34,145 nucleotides of DNA from NCBI GenBank assembly GCA_023140385.1, contig JAGLLT010000025.1, positions 1-34,145 on the forward strand, written 5' to 3'. Of this stretch, positions 23,184 to 33,003 are shown piece after piece (position 1 is the first letter of the stretch; each line of letters begins with the position of its first letter). The notes beneath the pieces were generated by a model. That model saw only the letters and a list, made by a program, of their open reading frames with translations. It was not told the origin of the DNA and did not search any database. Source of the stretch: Candidatus Omnitrophota bacterium (GTDB lineage Bacteria > Omnitrophota > Gorgyraeia > JAGLLT01). The position numbers and the translations under genes are program-made.

Positions 23184-24094
23184 AGATCGCGAAAATATTT
23201 ATTTTAGCTCTTGCATTTTTTTCCTTCGCGCAGGCGGCGCGGGGAGATATCGTTTATCTGAAGAACGGAGCTCAATATCAGGGTGAGGTTCTTAGAGAGA
23301 CTCCTGATCAGGTGATGATAAGGCTTAAAATAGGTGTCCTGACAATTGACAGAAAGGATGTGGAGTCTGTCAAAAGAGAGATAAAAAAGGTAGAGCCCGA
23401 AGAGGAGATAAAGACATTAACTAAAGATGAGAGTATCCTCGAAGAACTAAAGAAGGCGTCAGAAGATATCATTAGTTATAAATGCGATATGAGGGTTGAG
23501 CTTTATGATAAGTCTATCATAAAAGGCAATTTGCTTTTTATGAGGCCGGATAATATGAAGGCTAACTACAGTGTCTGGACTGATAAAGAGGGAATGGGAA
23601 GGCTTATTGTAACCGCTCTCTCGGACGGTAAGGTTTTCTGGATGTATTATCCGCAGTTAAACGTTGCCTACAGGCAGGACGCCTTTAAGTCTAACGCTTT
23701 TGTGCCCGGAGGCGATGAGTTACTGCCCTCCGCCCTGATAGAGAAACTGATTGAAAACGGCTGCCGGGTTTTGGAAGAGGACATAATCGGCGGGGATAAG
23801 GTGTACTGTATTGAAGGCGCCGGAGGTGAATTTGGCGGCGGATTCGGTGATGTAGGCCAAAAGATGGCGGTGGCTAAGTGCAGGTTGTGGCTTAGGATCG
23901 CGGATGGTTTTTTAGTGAAGAGTGTCGGCTATTCAGAGCAAGGCGATTTGCTCTTTATAACCAAAAATATGGATATAGAAACTAATATTGAGGTTGAAAA
24001 GGCTGAGTTTAGCTTTCAGCTTCCTGAAAATGTGCAGGTAATTGATTCCGCGTTTTTAAAAGATATGGAAAAGTTATTTGACGAAGAGAATTAA
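23180..24094 (+). CDS. Exported protein with small N-terminal beta-barrel domain and LolA-like domain
   Basis: Signal peptide (AQA-A); D.VYLKNG...GEV; F.RPD.MK, SDGK.FWMY.P, LW....DG and F.FQLPENVQVID LolA-like patterns; ATGA overlap with argF. Confidence 0.7.
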   Translation: MKIAKIFILALAFFSFAQAARGDIVYLKNGAQYQGEVLRETPDQVMIRLKIGVLTIDRKDVESVKREIKKVEPEEEIKTLTKDESILEELKKASEDIISYKCDMRVELYDKSIIKGNLLFMRPDNMKANYSVWTDKEGMGRLIVTALSDGKVFWMYYPQLNVAYRQDAFKSNAFVPGGDELLPSALIEKLIENGCRVLEEDIIGGDKVYCIEGAGGEFGGGFGDVGQKMAVAKCRLWLRIADGFLVKSVGYSEQGDLLFITKNMDIETNIEVEKAEFSFQLPENVQVIDSAFLKDMEKLFDEEN

Positions 24095-24106
24095 AGGAAA
24101 GAAATT

Positions 24107-25294
24107 ATGAAAAAAGTTGTTCTTGCTTATTCAGGCGGATTGGATACTTCTATAGCGGTAGGGTGGCTTAAGGATAGAGGGTTTGAGATTATTGCTTATT
24201 TGGGTGACGTTGGGCAGAAAATTGATAGAGCTAAAATAATCCCCAAGGCCAAGAGGTCCGGTGTCAGCAAGATTGTTATTGAAGACCTTAGAAAGGAGTT
24301 TGTCGACTCTTATATTAAGCCGGCTATTAAGGCAAATGCCGTCTATGAAGATAAATACTTTTTAGCAACAGCTCTTTCAAGGCCGCTTATAGCTAAGAGG
24401 CAGGTTGAGACAGCCAAGAAGGAAGAGGCCGGTTATCTGGCTCACGGATGTACCGGTAAAGGTAATGACCAGGTAAGATTTGAGATGACCTTTGCCTCAT
24501 TAGCGCCCGAGCTAAAAATTGTGGCGCCGGCAAGGGAGTGGGACTTTGCTTCGAGAGAAGAGCAGGTTGATTTTGCTGTGGAGCACAAAATACCGGTTGA
24601 CGTTAGTAAAAAAAGTCCTTATTCAATAGATGAAAACCTTTGGGGTGTAAGTATTGAGTGCGGTGTTCTTGAGGACCCTGAAAAGGTCTTGCCGGAAGAT
24701 GCCTACCTCCTGACTAAAAGCCCCGAACAGGCGCCTTCAAAGCCGAAACTTGTAAGCATTGCCTTTGAAAAGGGCGTTCCGGTCGGACTTGATGGGAAAA
24801 AGATGAACTTAATCGCGCTGATTAACAGTTTAAATACCATTGGCGGAGCTTGCGGAGTAGGCAGAAGTGATTTAATTGAAAACAGGACCGTAGGCATTAA
24901 GTCAAGAGAGGTATATGAAGCGCCTGCCGCCGCTATTTTAACCTTTGCCCATAAAGAACTTGAGGCAATGACGCTTGACAAGGAAACCGCCCACTTTAAA
25001 AAGACGATTGAGCAAAAGTACGGCCAGCTTATTTATAACGGCTGTTGGTTTACTCCTTTAAAGGCCTCTCTGGATGCTTTTATTAATGAAACGCAAAAGA
25101 CGGTCTCAGGAGAGATAAAGTTAAAATTATATAAAGGCAACATTATTATCTGCGGGAGAAAGTCCAGACTTTCCTTGTATTCAAAAGAGCTTGCCACCTA
25201 TTCACAAGAGGACATTTTTGACAGAACGGCGGCCAGCGGGTTTATTAAACTCTTAAGCCTGCCTTATAGATTAACGGGAAAAAGAAGAAAATAA
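24107..25294 (+). CDS. argG: Argininosuccinate synthase
   Basis: LAYSGGLDTS, TALSRP, HGCTGKGNDQVRFE, YSIDENLWG and ENR.VG.KSRE.YE.P. Confidence 0.98.
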   Translation: MKKVVLAYSGGLDTSIAVGWLKDRGFEIIAYLGDVGQKIDRAKIIPKAKRSGVSKIVIEDLRKEFVDSYIKPAIKANAVYEDKYFLATALSRPLIAKRQVETAKKEEAGYLAHGCTGKGNDQVRFEMTFASLAPELKIVAPAREWDFASREEQVDFAVEHKIPVDVSKKSPYSIDENLWGVSIECGVLEDPEKVLPEDAYLLTKSPEQAPSKPKLVSIAFEKGVPVGLDGKKMNLIALINSLNTIGGACGVGRSDLIENRTVGIKSREVYEAPAAAILTFAHKELEAMTLDKETAHFKKTIEQKYGQLIYNGCWFTPLKASLDAFINETQKTVSGEIKLKLYKGNIIICGRKSRLSLYSKELATYSQEDIFDRTAASGFIKLLSLPYRLTGKRRK

Positions 25295-25328
25295 TTCAGG
25301 ATTAAGTTTTTAATTTTTGGAGAGAAAG

Positions 25329-26717
25329 ATGAGCAAAAAGTTATACGGAACAGTTTTTGCTAAAAAAAATACAAAAGAAGTTGAGGATTTTGTAGCCAGT
25401 ATTGATGTTGACTATAAGCTTCTTGGATATGACATCTTAGGCAGTATAGCTCACGCGAAGATGCTGGGTGAAAGAAAGATAATTTCCAAAAAAGATTCTC
25501 AAAGCTTAGTTAAGGGTCTCAAAAATATCTTAAAGAAAATGGAGTCCGGTAAAATCAGTATGACTTCTGAAGGCGTGGAAGATGTGCATACATATGTTAA
25601 TTTGCTTCTTAATAAAGAAGTTTCTAAAAAAGTAGCCGATAAGCTGCATACAGCCAGGTCCAGGAATGACCAGGTAGTACTTGATACCAGAATGTATTGT
25701 CTTGATGCTGTCCAAGAAGTTGCTTTAAAGATTATTGATTTACAAAAAGCTATCTTAAAGCAGGCAGAAAAGAATATTTCTGTAATTATGCCGGTCTATA
25801 CGCATTTACAGCCGGCCCAGGCAATACTGGCTTCACACTTGTTTTGCGCTTATGTAGAAACGCTCCAAAAGGATAAACTAAGAATGATGCATGCTGTAAG
25901 CAATACCGATGAAATGCCTTTAGGTAGTTGCGCGGCCAGAGGGACTACTCTGGAAATTGACAGAAATTTTGTGGCCAAAGAGTTAGGTTTTTCGAAGGTC
26001 AGTTCTAACTCAATTGAGTCAGTATCATCCAGAGATTATATCTTGGAGATACTATCAGCTATAAATATCCTGGCTATTAACTTATCAAGGATAGCCGAGG
26101 ATTTAATTATTTATTCAACCTATGAATTTTCATTTATTGAAATTGATGAGGCTTATTTAACCGGCTCAAGCATGATGCCTAATAAGAGAAACGCTGATAC
26201 GTTGGAATTAGTTAGGGGCTTTGCTTCAAAGGCATTGGGCGCTCTTACACAGGTCTCAGGGCTTTTAAAAGGCCTGCCGCATGCCTACAACAGAGATATG
26301 CAGTTTGACAAGGAGGCTCTCTTTGAGTCCCTTGAAGGTATAATTGCTTGTCTTAAGATAATAGAAGGAGTATTTAACAGCCTTAAGTTTAATAAAAAGA
26401 AACTTGAGATTTATCTGGCTGAAAATGATTTTATCTTTGCCACTGATCTGGCGGAATATCTGGTTAAGAAGGGGGTTTCTTATAGGGACGCTCACGATAT
26501 AACCGGCAAAATGATCAGATTCTGTCTGGATAAAAAGCTAATGATAAAAGATATTTCAGATACGGAATTAAAGAAAATCTGTAAATATTTTAATAAGAAA
26601 GTGCTTGATAAATTGACTGATGCTTCTTCTTCGGTTAAAGCGGTTAAATCAGAAGGAGGAACTTCACCCGTATCAGTCAAGAAGCAGATTGGCCACTGGA
26701 GAAAGGTATTAAAATAA
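25329..26717 (+). CDS. argH: Argininosuccinate lyase
   Basis: EDVH, LHTARSRNDQV, MP.YTHLQ.AQ, TGSSMMP.K.N and YNRD.Q.DK; start set at ATG 25329. Confidence 0.97.
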   Translation: MSKKLYGTVFAKKNTKEVEDFVASIDVDYKLLGYDILGSIAHAKMLGERKIISKKDSQSLVKGLKNILKKMESGKISMTSEGVEDVHTYVNLLLNKEVSKKVADKLHTARSRNDQVVLDTRMYCLDAVQEVALKIIDLQKAILKQAEKNISVIMPVYTHLQPAQAILASHLFCAYVETLQKDKLRMMHAVSNTDEMPLGSCAARGTTLEIDRNFVAKELGFSKVSSNSIESVSSRDYILEILSAINILAINLSRIAEDLIIYSTYEFSFIEIDEAYLTGSSMMPNKRNADTLELVRGFASKALGALTQVSGLLKGLPHAYNRDMQFDKEALFESLEGIIACLKIIEGVFNSLKFNKKKLEIYLAENDFIFATDLAEYLVKKGVSYRDAHDITGKMIRFCLDKKLMIKDISDTELKKICKYFNKKVLDKLTDASSSVKAVKSEGGTSPVSVKKQIGHWRKVLK

Positions 26718-27968
26718 ATGCACGAATTTAAGTATAAGAAGAACAAGTTTTATTGCGAAGATGTGGCTCTTGAGAAACTGGCCGGTGAGTTTAAAACACC
26801 TTTGTATGTTTACAGCCATAAGACTATAGTTGATCATTTTAACAAGATAAAGAGAGCCTTTAGCGAGTTTAAACCGTTAATCTGTTATTCGGTAAAGTCG
26901 AACGCTAATTTAAATATCCTGCGTATTCTCGTTAAAGAAGGCGCGGGCTTAGATGTCGTCTCAGGCGGTGAACTTTATAAGTCCCTGAAGGCGGGGGTCA
27001 AACCTTCCAAGATAGTTTATGCCTCTGTGGGTAAGACCGATGAGGAAATACAAGAGGCCTTAAAGGCGGGGATTTTATTTTTTAATGTGGAGTCGGTTCC
27101 CGAGTTAGAGAATATAAACCGCATAGCTAAAAAGCTCAAGAAAAAGGCCAACGCGGCTATAAGGATTAATCCTGATGTTGATCCCGAGACACATGAGTAT
27201 ATTACCACCTCTAAGAAAGAGAATAAGTTTGGAATTGACTTAAAAGCGGCCGGGGAGATATTTTCATCAATGGATAAGTATGAATGCCTTAATTTAAACG
27301 GCATTCATCTGCATATCGGTTCTCAAATTACCAAGGCCAAGCCTTATAAGGATGCCCTTAAGAAGATTATCGGTTTTATTAAGGCTAATAAGATAAACCT
27401 GGATTATATTAACTTGGGCGGCGGCTTGGGTATTGTCTATGATAATGAGAAGCCGCAGACGGCTGAAAGCTTTGCTAAGGCTATCGCGCCTTTATTAAGA
27501 AAGATTAATGCCCGCCTCATCTTAGAGCCCGGCAGATTTATTATGGGTAATAGCGGCGTTCTGGCGGCCAAGGTGATTTATGTTAAAGACGCTCCCACTA
27601 AGACGTTTGTAATTACGGATACAGCCATGAATGACTTAATGCGGCCGTCATTATATAGGGCCTTTCACGCGATTGTGCCTTTGAGGAAGAAGTCGAGATT
27701 ATATTTTAAGAAGCCGGTTGATATCGTTGGCCCGGTGTGTGAAACGGGAGACTTTTTGGGTAAGTCAAGAAAGTTTCACAAGGTAGAAGGCGGCGACTTT
27801 CTGGTTGTCCTGGGAGCGGGGGCTTACGGATTTTCTATGTCTTCAAACTATAACGCCAGGCCCAGGGCGGCCGAGGTATTGGTAAAAGGTAATAAGTATT
27901 ATCTTATAAGAAAGAGAGAAACCTACCAGGATTTAATCGCGACTGATTTGAAGGTTAAGGGAATATAA
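26718..27968 (+). CDS. lysA: Diaminopimelate decarboxylase
   Basis: TPLYVYS, YSVKSN, DVVSGGE, HLHIGSQ, EPGR, GPVCETGD and GAYG.SMSSNYN. Confidence 0.98.
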   Translation: MHEFKYKKNKFYCEDVALEKLAGEFKTPLYVYSHKTIVDHFNKIKRAFSEFKPLICYSVKSNANLNILRILVKEGAGLDVVSGGELYKSLKAGVKPSKIVYASVGKTDEEIQEALKAGILFFNVESVPELENINRIAKKLKKKANAAIRINPDVDPETHEYITTSKKENKFGIDLKAAGEIFSSMDKYECLNLNGIHLHIGSQITKAKPYKDALKKIIGFIKANKINLDYINLGGGLGIVYDNEKPQTAESFAKAIAPLLRKINARLILEPGRFIMGNSGVLAAKVIYVKDAPTKTFVITDTAMNDLMRPSLYRAFHAIVPLRKKSRLYFKKPVDIVGPVCETGDFLGKSRKFHKVEGGDFLVVLGAGAYGFSMSSNYNARPRAAEVLVKGNKYYLIRKRETYQDLIATDLKVKGI

Positions 27969-28774
27969 TGAGTTTTGATTTTATAAAAGCGGAAGGGGCG
28001 GGTAATGATTTTATTATTATAGACGCGGTAAGTTTGCCCCCGGCCGCGAACATAAAAGAATTGGCAGAGAGGTTTTGCGAAAGAAATAAGTCAATCGGCG
28101 CGGATGGCCTTTTGGTCTATGGTGAGTCGACGAACTGTGATTTTAAGATGTCCATATATAACCCGGACGGCAATGAAGTAGAGATGTGCGGTAATGGAGC
28201 CAGATGTTTGGCTCTCTACGCGTATCAGAAGAAGGCGAAAGAGAACAGGATGATGATTGAGACGAAAGCCGGCCGCGTTGGGGTTGAGATAAAAGACGAG
28301 ACGGTTAAGTTGAAACTGACAGAGCCGAAGGACGCCAGGCTGAATTTTGATTTGGCGGTCGGCGGTGAGAATTTAAAAATAAGTTTTATAAATACCGGCG
28401 TACCTCATATTGTTTGTTTTGTGGATGATGTTAGCAAAATAGATGTTAAGACAATTGGCAGAGGCGCGCGTTTTCATGATGAGTTTAAACCTCAGGGAAC
28501 GAATGCCAACTTTGTGGAGATTTTGGAGCCCGGGAAGTTAAAGATAAGAACCTACGAAAGAGGCGTAGAGGAAGAGACGCTTGCCTGCGGTACGGGTTCG
28601 GCGGCCGCCGGGGTTATAGCGGGGCTGTTAAAAAAAGTTACTTCTCCGGTTGAGATTGAGACTGCTTCAGGGGAAGTACTGAAAATTTATTTTGATATTG
28701 AAACTGGTACCTGTAAAAATGTATACTTAGAAGGCAAATGCAGTCTGGTTTATGAAGGGAAGATAGGAATTTAA
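27968..28774 (+). CDS. dapF: Diaminopimelate epimerase
   Basis: G.GNDF, IGADG, EMCGNGARC, TGVPH and RTYERGVE.ETLACGTG. Confidence 0.98.
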   Translation: MSFDFIKAEGAGNDFIIIDAVSLPPAANIKELAERFCERNKSIGADGLLVYGESTNCDFKMSIYNPDGNEVEMCGNGARCLALYAYQKKAKENRMMIETKAGRVGVEIKDETVKLKLTEPKDARLNFDLAVGGENLKISFINTGVPHIVCFVDDVSKIDVKTIGRGARFHDEFKPQGTNANFVEILEPGKLKIRTYERGVEEETLACGTGSAAAGVIAGLLKKVTSPVEIETASGEVLKIYFDIETGTCKNVYLEGKCSLVYEGKIGI

Positions 28775-28790
28775 ATATTGGAGGTTGAAT

Positions 28791-29666
28791 ATGTTTAAAG
28801 GTAGTTTTACGGCGCTGATTACGCCTTTTGACAAGGATGGTCAGATAGATGAAGCTAAATTTAGGGAGTTGATAGACTTCCAGATTGAGAACGGCATAGA
28901 GGGTATTGTCCCCTGCGGATGTACGGGGGAAGCGGCTACGCTTTCGCATCCGGAGCAAAAGAGACTGATAAAAATCGCGGTGGAAGCGGTGAACAAAAGA
29001 ATTCCGGTGATGGCCGGGACCGGCTCCAATAGTACCGATGAGGCTGTAGATCTTACTGAGCACGCTAAAAAGGCTGGTGCCGATGGAGCTTTAATAATTA
29101 CCCCGTATTACAATAAGCCCACGCCCCGCGGCCAGGTACTGCATTATGAAAAAATCGCTAAAAAAGTAGATATACCTATCGTCCTGTATAATGTGCCTTC
29201 AAGGACAGGTGTTTCAATGAAGCCGGAGGTGATAGCTGAACTTTCTAAGATAGACAATATCACGGCTATAAAAGAAGCCAGCGGCAGCCTGGAGCAGGTG
29301 AGCCAGATTTTATCCCTTTGCGATATAGATGTATTATCCGGTGATGACTCTTTAACACTGCCGATGATGGCCTTAGGAGCCAAGGGTGTGGTTTCTGTAG
29401 CCGCTAATGTTGTACCGGAAGAAGTGAGTGGTATGACAAAGGCTTTTCTTGAGGGAAATACGGAAAAGGCCAAAGAGCTGCACTTTAAGCTGTATCCGAT
29501 TTTTAAGGCGATGTTTATTGAAACTAATCCCATAAGCGTGAAAACGGCTATGATGTTTATGGATATGCTTAACGGTGTTTTGCGTTTACCGCTTTGTGAT
29601 ATGATGGAGGAAAACCAAAAGGTACTCAGAAACGCGCTTATTAAAGCGGGGTTAATAAGAAGATAG
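28791..29666 (+). CDS. dapA: 4-hydroxy-tetrahydrodipicolinate synthase
   Basis: ALITPF, GCTGE, GTGSN.T, PYYNKP, LYNVPSRT, IKEASG and ETNPI.VK; GGAGG RBS before ATG 28791. Confidence 0.98.
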   Translation: MFKGSFTALITPFDKDGQIDEAKFRELIDFQIENGIEGIVPCGCTGEAATLSHPEQKRLIKIAVEAVNKRIPVMAGTGSNSTDEAVDLTEHAKKAGADGALIITPYYNKPTPRGQVLHYEKIAKKVDIPIVLYNVPSRTGVSMKPEVIAELSKIDNITAIKEASGSLEQVSQILSLCDIDVLSGDDSLTLPMMALGAKGVVSVAANVVPEEVSGMTKAFLEGNTEKAKELHFKLYPIFKAMFIETNPISVKTAMMFMDMLNGVLRLPLCDMMEENQKVLRNALIKAGLIRR

Positions 29667-29680
29667 AGGGAATTAATAAA

Positions 29681-30481
29681 ATGATAAATGTTGTTTTGAG
29701 CGGGGCTTGCGGTAAGATGTCGGGGCGCATTGCGGCTATGATGGCGGGCGAGAAGAATATTAGGATAGCGGCGGCCATTGAAAAAAAGGGGCATAGCGGT
29801 GTCGGCAAGAAATTTTCAGATGTAGCCGGTATTGACTCAAATATTGTCGCCTGCGGGATAACCGATGACTTAAAGAAGATTATTAATAATATTGACGTTA
29901 TTGTTGAATTTACCACTCCTAAAAGCACTTTGGAGCATCTGCAGGAAGCTGTAAGGTTTAAAAAGGCAATAGTAATCGGAACCACCGGATTTAACAGGAT
30001 TGAAGTTGAAAAAATTAATAATGCCTCGCAGAAGATTCCCGTGTTTTTTTCGCCGAACACGAGTATTGGAGTTAATTTGGTTTTTGATATCCTTGATAAA
30101 ATAGGCAGGGCTTTGCCGCTTAACTATAATGTAGAGATAGTTGAAACACACCATAAGTTTAAAAAGGACGCTCCCAGCGGGACGGCAAAAAAGATGGCTG
30201 AGATAATTGCCTCATCCAGAAAGCAGAATGCCGACAAGGTGGTTATATACGGCCGCAAGGGGCGGACCGAAGAAAGGCCGGAAAATCAGATATGTATTCA
30301 CGCTCTCAGGGCCGGCGGCGTTAAGGGGAAGCATGAAGTGAGGTTTGTCAGCGAAGAGGATGAGATAGTAATAACGCATAGCGCTTTCTCCAGGGATATT
30401 TTTGCCAAAGGAGCTGTGCAGGCCGTAAAATTTATTGTGAAGAAGAACAAAGGGCTTTATTCAACGGCGGATTTGATATAG
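29681..30481 (+). CDS. dapB: 4-hydroxy-tetrahydrodipicolinate reductase
   Basis: GACGKM, IGTTG, ETHH..KKDAPSGTA and R..FA.GA. Confidence 0.97.
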   Translation: MINVVLSGACGKMSGRIAAMMAGEKNIRIAAAIEKKGHSGVGKKFSDVAGIDSNIVACGITDDLKKIINNIDVIVEFTTPKSTLEHLQEAVRFKKAIVIGTTGFNRIEVEKINNASQKIPVFFSPNTSIGVNLVFDILDKIGRALPLNYNVEIVETHHKFKKDAPSGTAKKMAEIIASSRKQNADKVVIYGRKGRTEERPENQICIHALRAGGVKGKHEVRFVSEEDEIVITHSAFSRDIFAKGAVQAVKFIVKKNKGLYSTADLI

Positions 30482-30511
30482 TTACGGTTGACTATTAGGA
30501 GAATGGTAAAA

Positions 30512-31684
30512 ATGGGATTTAACATTGAAATAGCGGAAAGGTTGAAGAATTTACCTCCTTATCTGTTTGCTGAAATAGATAAAAAGAAAAAGCAGAAGAT
30601 AAAAGAGGGTAAAGATATTATAGATCTTGGCGTCGGTGATCCGGACACTCCTACGCCCCCATATATTGTTGACCGGCTGTGCGAAGAGGTAAGAGATGCC
30701 GGAAGTCACCGTTATCCGTCAGGCAGGGGACTTATTGAATTCCGGGTGGCGATAAGCAGGTGGTATAAGAAAAGGTTTAACGTGGCGCTTGACCCGGAGA
30801 GTGAAATCCTGCCTTTGATAGGCTCCAAGGAAGGTATTGCCCATATGCCGCTGGCTTTTATCAATCAGCGGGATACCGCCCTAATACCTGATCCGTGTTA
30901 TCCTCCCTACAGGTCGGGTGTTATCCTTGCCGGAGGGGTGCCTTACTATATGCCTCTTTTAGAGCAAAACGCTTTTTTGCCTGATCTGGATGAAGTGGAT
31001 TACCAGGTAGCCCAAAAGGCAAAGATTATCTATTTAAACTATCCCAATAATCCGACCGGCGCTTGCGCCACGGAGGATTTTTTTAAAGAGACTGTGAAGT
31101 TTGCCGAAACCAACAAGGTTATAGTTTGCCACGATGCCGCTTATTCGGAGCTATCATTTGAGGAGAATAAGCCGCTTAGTTTTTTACAGATTGAGGGGGC
31201 GAAGGACGTAGGTGTTGAATTTCATTCTCTTTCCAAAACCTTTAATATGACCGGCTGGAGGGTTGGTTTTGCCTGCGGTAGACCCGAAATCATAGCTGCC
31301 CTGGGCAAGGTCAAGGAAAATATAGACTCCGGTGTGTTTGAGGCTATTCAGCGCGCGGGTATTGAGGCTCTGGAGAAAGAGACCGACCACCTTAAAAATT
31401 TAATTGACCTTTACCGCCAGAGACGGGATGTCTTGGTGGAAGGGCTGGGTTCGTTAGGCTGGAAGGTTTTAAAGCCCCGCGCTACCTTCTACGTCTGGAT
31501 ACCGGTTCCGCCGGGATATACGTCTATGGAGCTGGCCGATAAACTGCTTGAGAAAGCAAGTGTCGTTGTTACCCCCGGGGTGGGCTTTGGAGATAACGGG
31601 GAAGGTTATATACGGATAGCCTTGACGGTTAATAAAGAAAGAATTGAAGAAGCGGTCGAAAGGATAGCGGGGCTTCATGAGTAG
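30512..31684 (+). CDS. dapL: LL-diaminopimelate aminotransferase (class I PLP enzyme)
   Basis: LPPYLFA.ID, LGVGDPD, GSKEG, NYPNNPTG, D.AY and SLSK.FNMTGWR.G; sits with dapABF-lysA, with no dapD/dapE in the window; start uncertain (30488-30512). Confidence 0.85.
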   Translation: MGFNIEIAERLKNLPPYLFAEIDKKKKQKIKEGKDIIDLGVGDPDTPTPPYIVDRLCEEVRDAGSHRYPSGRGLIEFRVAISRWYKKRFNVALDPESEILPLIGSKEGIAHMPLAFINQRDTALIPDPCYPPYRSGVILAGGVPYYMPLLEQNAFLPDLDEVDYQVAQKAKIIYLNYPNNPTGACATEDFFKETVKFAETNKVIVCHDAAYSELSFEENKPLSFLQIEGAKDVGVEFHSLSKTFNMTGWRVGFACGRPEIIAALGKVKENIDSGVFEAIQRAGIEALEKETDHLKNLIDLYRQRRDVLVEGLGSLGWKVLKPRATFYVWIPVPPGYTSMELADKLLEKASVVVTPGVGFGDNGEGYIRIALTVNKERIEEAVERIAGLHE

Positions 31685-32207
31685 GCTTTATATAGGGGTG
31701 GGATCTAATAAAGGCGACAGGCAGAAGTATATAAAAAGGGCTCTTGATCATCTTAGGGCGGATGAAAATATTGAGATAAAAAAGACATCGGAGATTATCG
31801 AGACCGAGGCGGAAGGCAATAATGACCACCCTATGTTTTTAAATTCAGTTATTGAGCTTGAGACCTTCCTTGATCCATATACCCTGTTTAAAAAACTTAA
31901 AAATATAGAACGCCTGCTTGGAAGAAAAGAAGGGCAGGATAAATGGTCTCCCAGAGTAATAGATTTGGATATAGTACTTTTTGATGATTTGGTAATTAAA
32001 GGAAGAAATCTTAAAATCCCCCACCCTTTAATGCATAAAAGATACTTTGTTTTAAAGCCCTTATCTGAGATCGCGCCTCTGGCAAAACATCCTATCCTCA
32101 ACAAAACCATCTCAGAGCTTTTAAATGAACTGGAGGCGGTTAATGAAGTTGATAAAAACTCCGGGAACCATGAACAGTGTATCCCGGATGAGGCACAAGG
32201 AGAATAA
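31677..32207 (+). CDS. folK: 2-amino-4-hydroxy-6-hydroxymethyldihydropteridine diphosphokinase
   Basis: YIGVGSN.GD, FLN.V, IE..LGR, W.PR.IDLDI and IPHP.M..R.FVL.PL. Confidence 0.95.
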   Translation: MSRLYIGVGSNKGDRQKYIKRALDHLRADENIEIKKTSEIIETEAEGNNDHPMFLNSVIELETFLDPYTLFKKLKNIERLLGRKEGQDKWSPRVIDLDIVLFDDLVIKGRNLKIPHPLMHKRYFVLKPLSEIAPLAKHPILNKTISELLNELEAVNEVDKNSGNHEQCIPDEAQGE

Positions 32208-32985
32208 GAGCATAGGATTTGTGCCGACTATGGGTTGTTTGCACGAGGGCCATTTAAGCCTTGTAAGAAAGGCAAAAGTGGAATGTGATGTTGTAGTCCT
32301 TAGTATATTTGTGAATCCTATCCAATTTGGCCCGCGCGAAGATTTCAAAAGATATCCGCGGTATCCGTCAAAAGATAAAATGTTAGCCCGGCGAGAAGGT
32401 GTTGATTATATCTTTATGCCGGCGCCTCCCGTTATGTATCCAGAGAATTTTCAAACCTGTGTTTTACCCGGTAAACTTTCAAGCGGCCTTTCGGGAGCGG
32501 CGCGCCCCGGGCATTTTAAAGGGGTATGTACCGTAGTGGCTAAACTATTCAATATTGTCGAACCCGACACCGCTTATTTTGGACAGAAGGATTTTCAGCA
32601 AGCGCAGGTTGTAAAGCAGATGATTAAAGACCTGAATATGAATGTCGGGGTGAAAATTTTACCCATTGTTCGTGAGCCGGACGGGTTGGCGATGAGTTCC
32701 AGAAACAGGTACCTTAATGACAGCGAAAGAAAAGAAGTTCCTGTTTTGTACGAATCTCTCAGAGAGGCAAAAAGGTTAATCAGGGACGGTTGTCGGAATA
32801 CGGGCAAAATAAAAAAAACAATAAAAAAGACGATAAACACCGCAAAATATGTTAATATTGAATATATAAAGTTATTAAATCCTGACACCCTGGAGCCGGT
32901 GGATAAAAATGACAAAAAATTTTTAGTCGTCATAGCCGCGAGGGTGGGTAAAGTTAGGTTGATTGACAACGTGATAGTTAGCTGA
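32143..32985 (+). CDS. panC: Pantoate--beta-alanine ligase
   Basis: GFVPTMG.LHEGH, SIFVNP.QF, RPGHF.GV, FGQKD.QQ, GLAMSSRN and RLIDN; GGAGG RBS before ATG 32143. Confidence 0.97.
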   Translation: MKLIKTPGTMNSVSRMRHKENKSIGFVPTMGCLHEGHLSLVRKAKVECDVVVLSIFVNPIQFGPREDFKRYPRYPSKDKMLARREGVDYIFMPAPPVMYPENFQTCVLPGKLSSGLSGAARPGHFKGVCTVVAKLFNIVEPDTAYFGQKDFQQAQVVKQMIKDLNMNVGVKILPIVREPDGLAMSSRNRYLNDSERKEVPVLYESLREAKRLIRDGCRNTGKIKKTIKKTINTAKYVNIEYIKLLNPDTLEPVDKNDKKFLVVIAARVGKVRLIDNVIVS

Positions 32986-33003
32986 GGAGAAAATTTATTT
33001 TAG

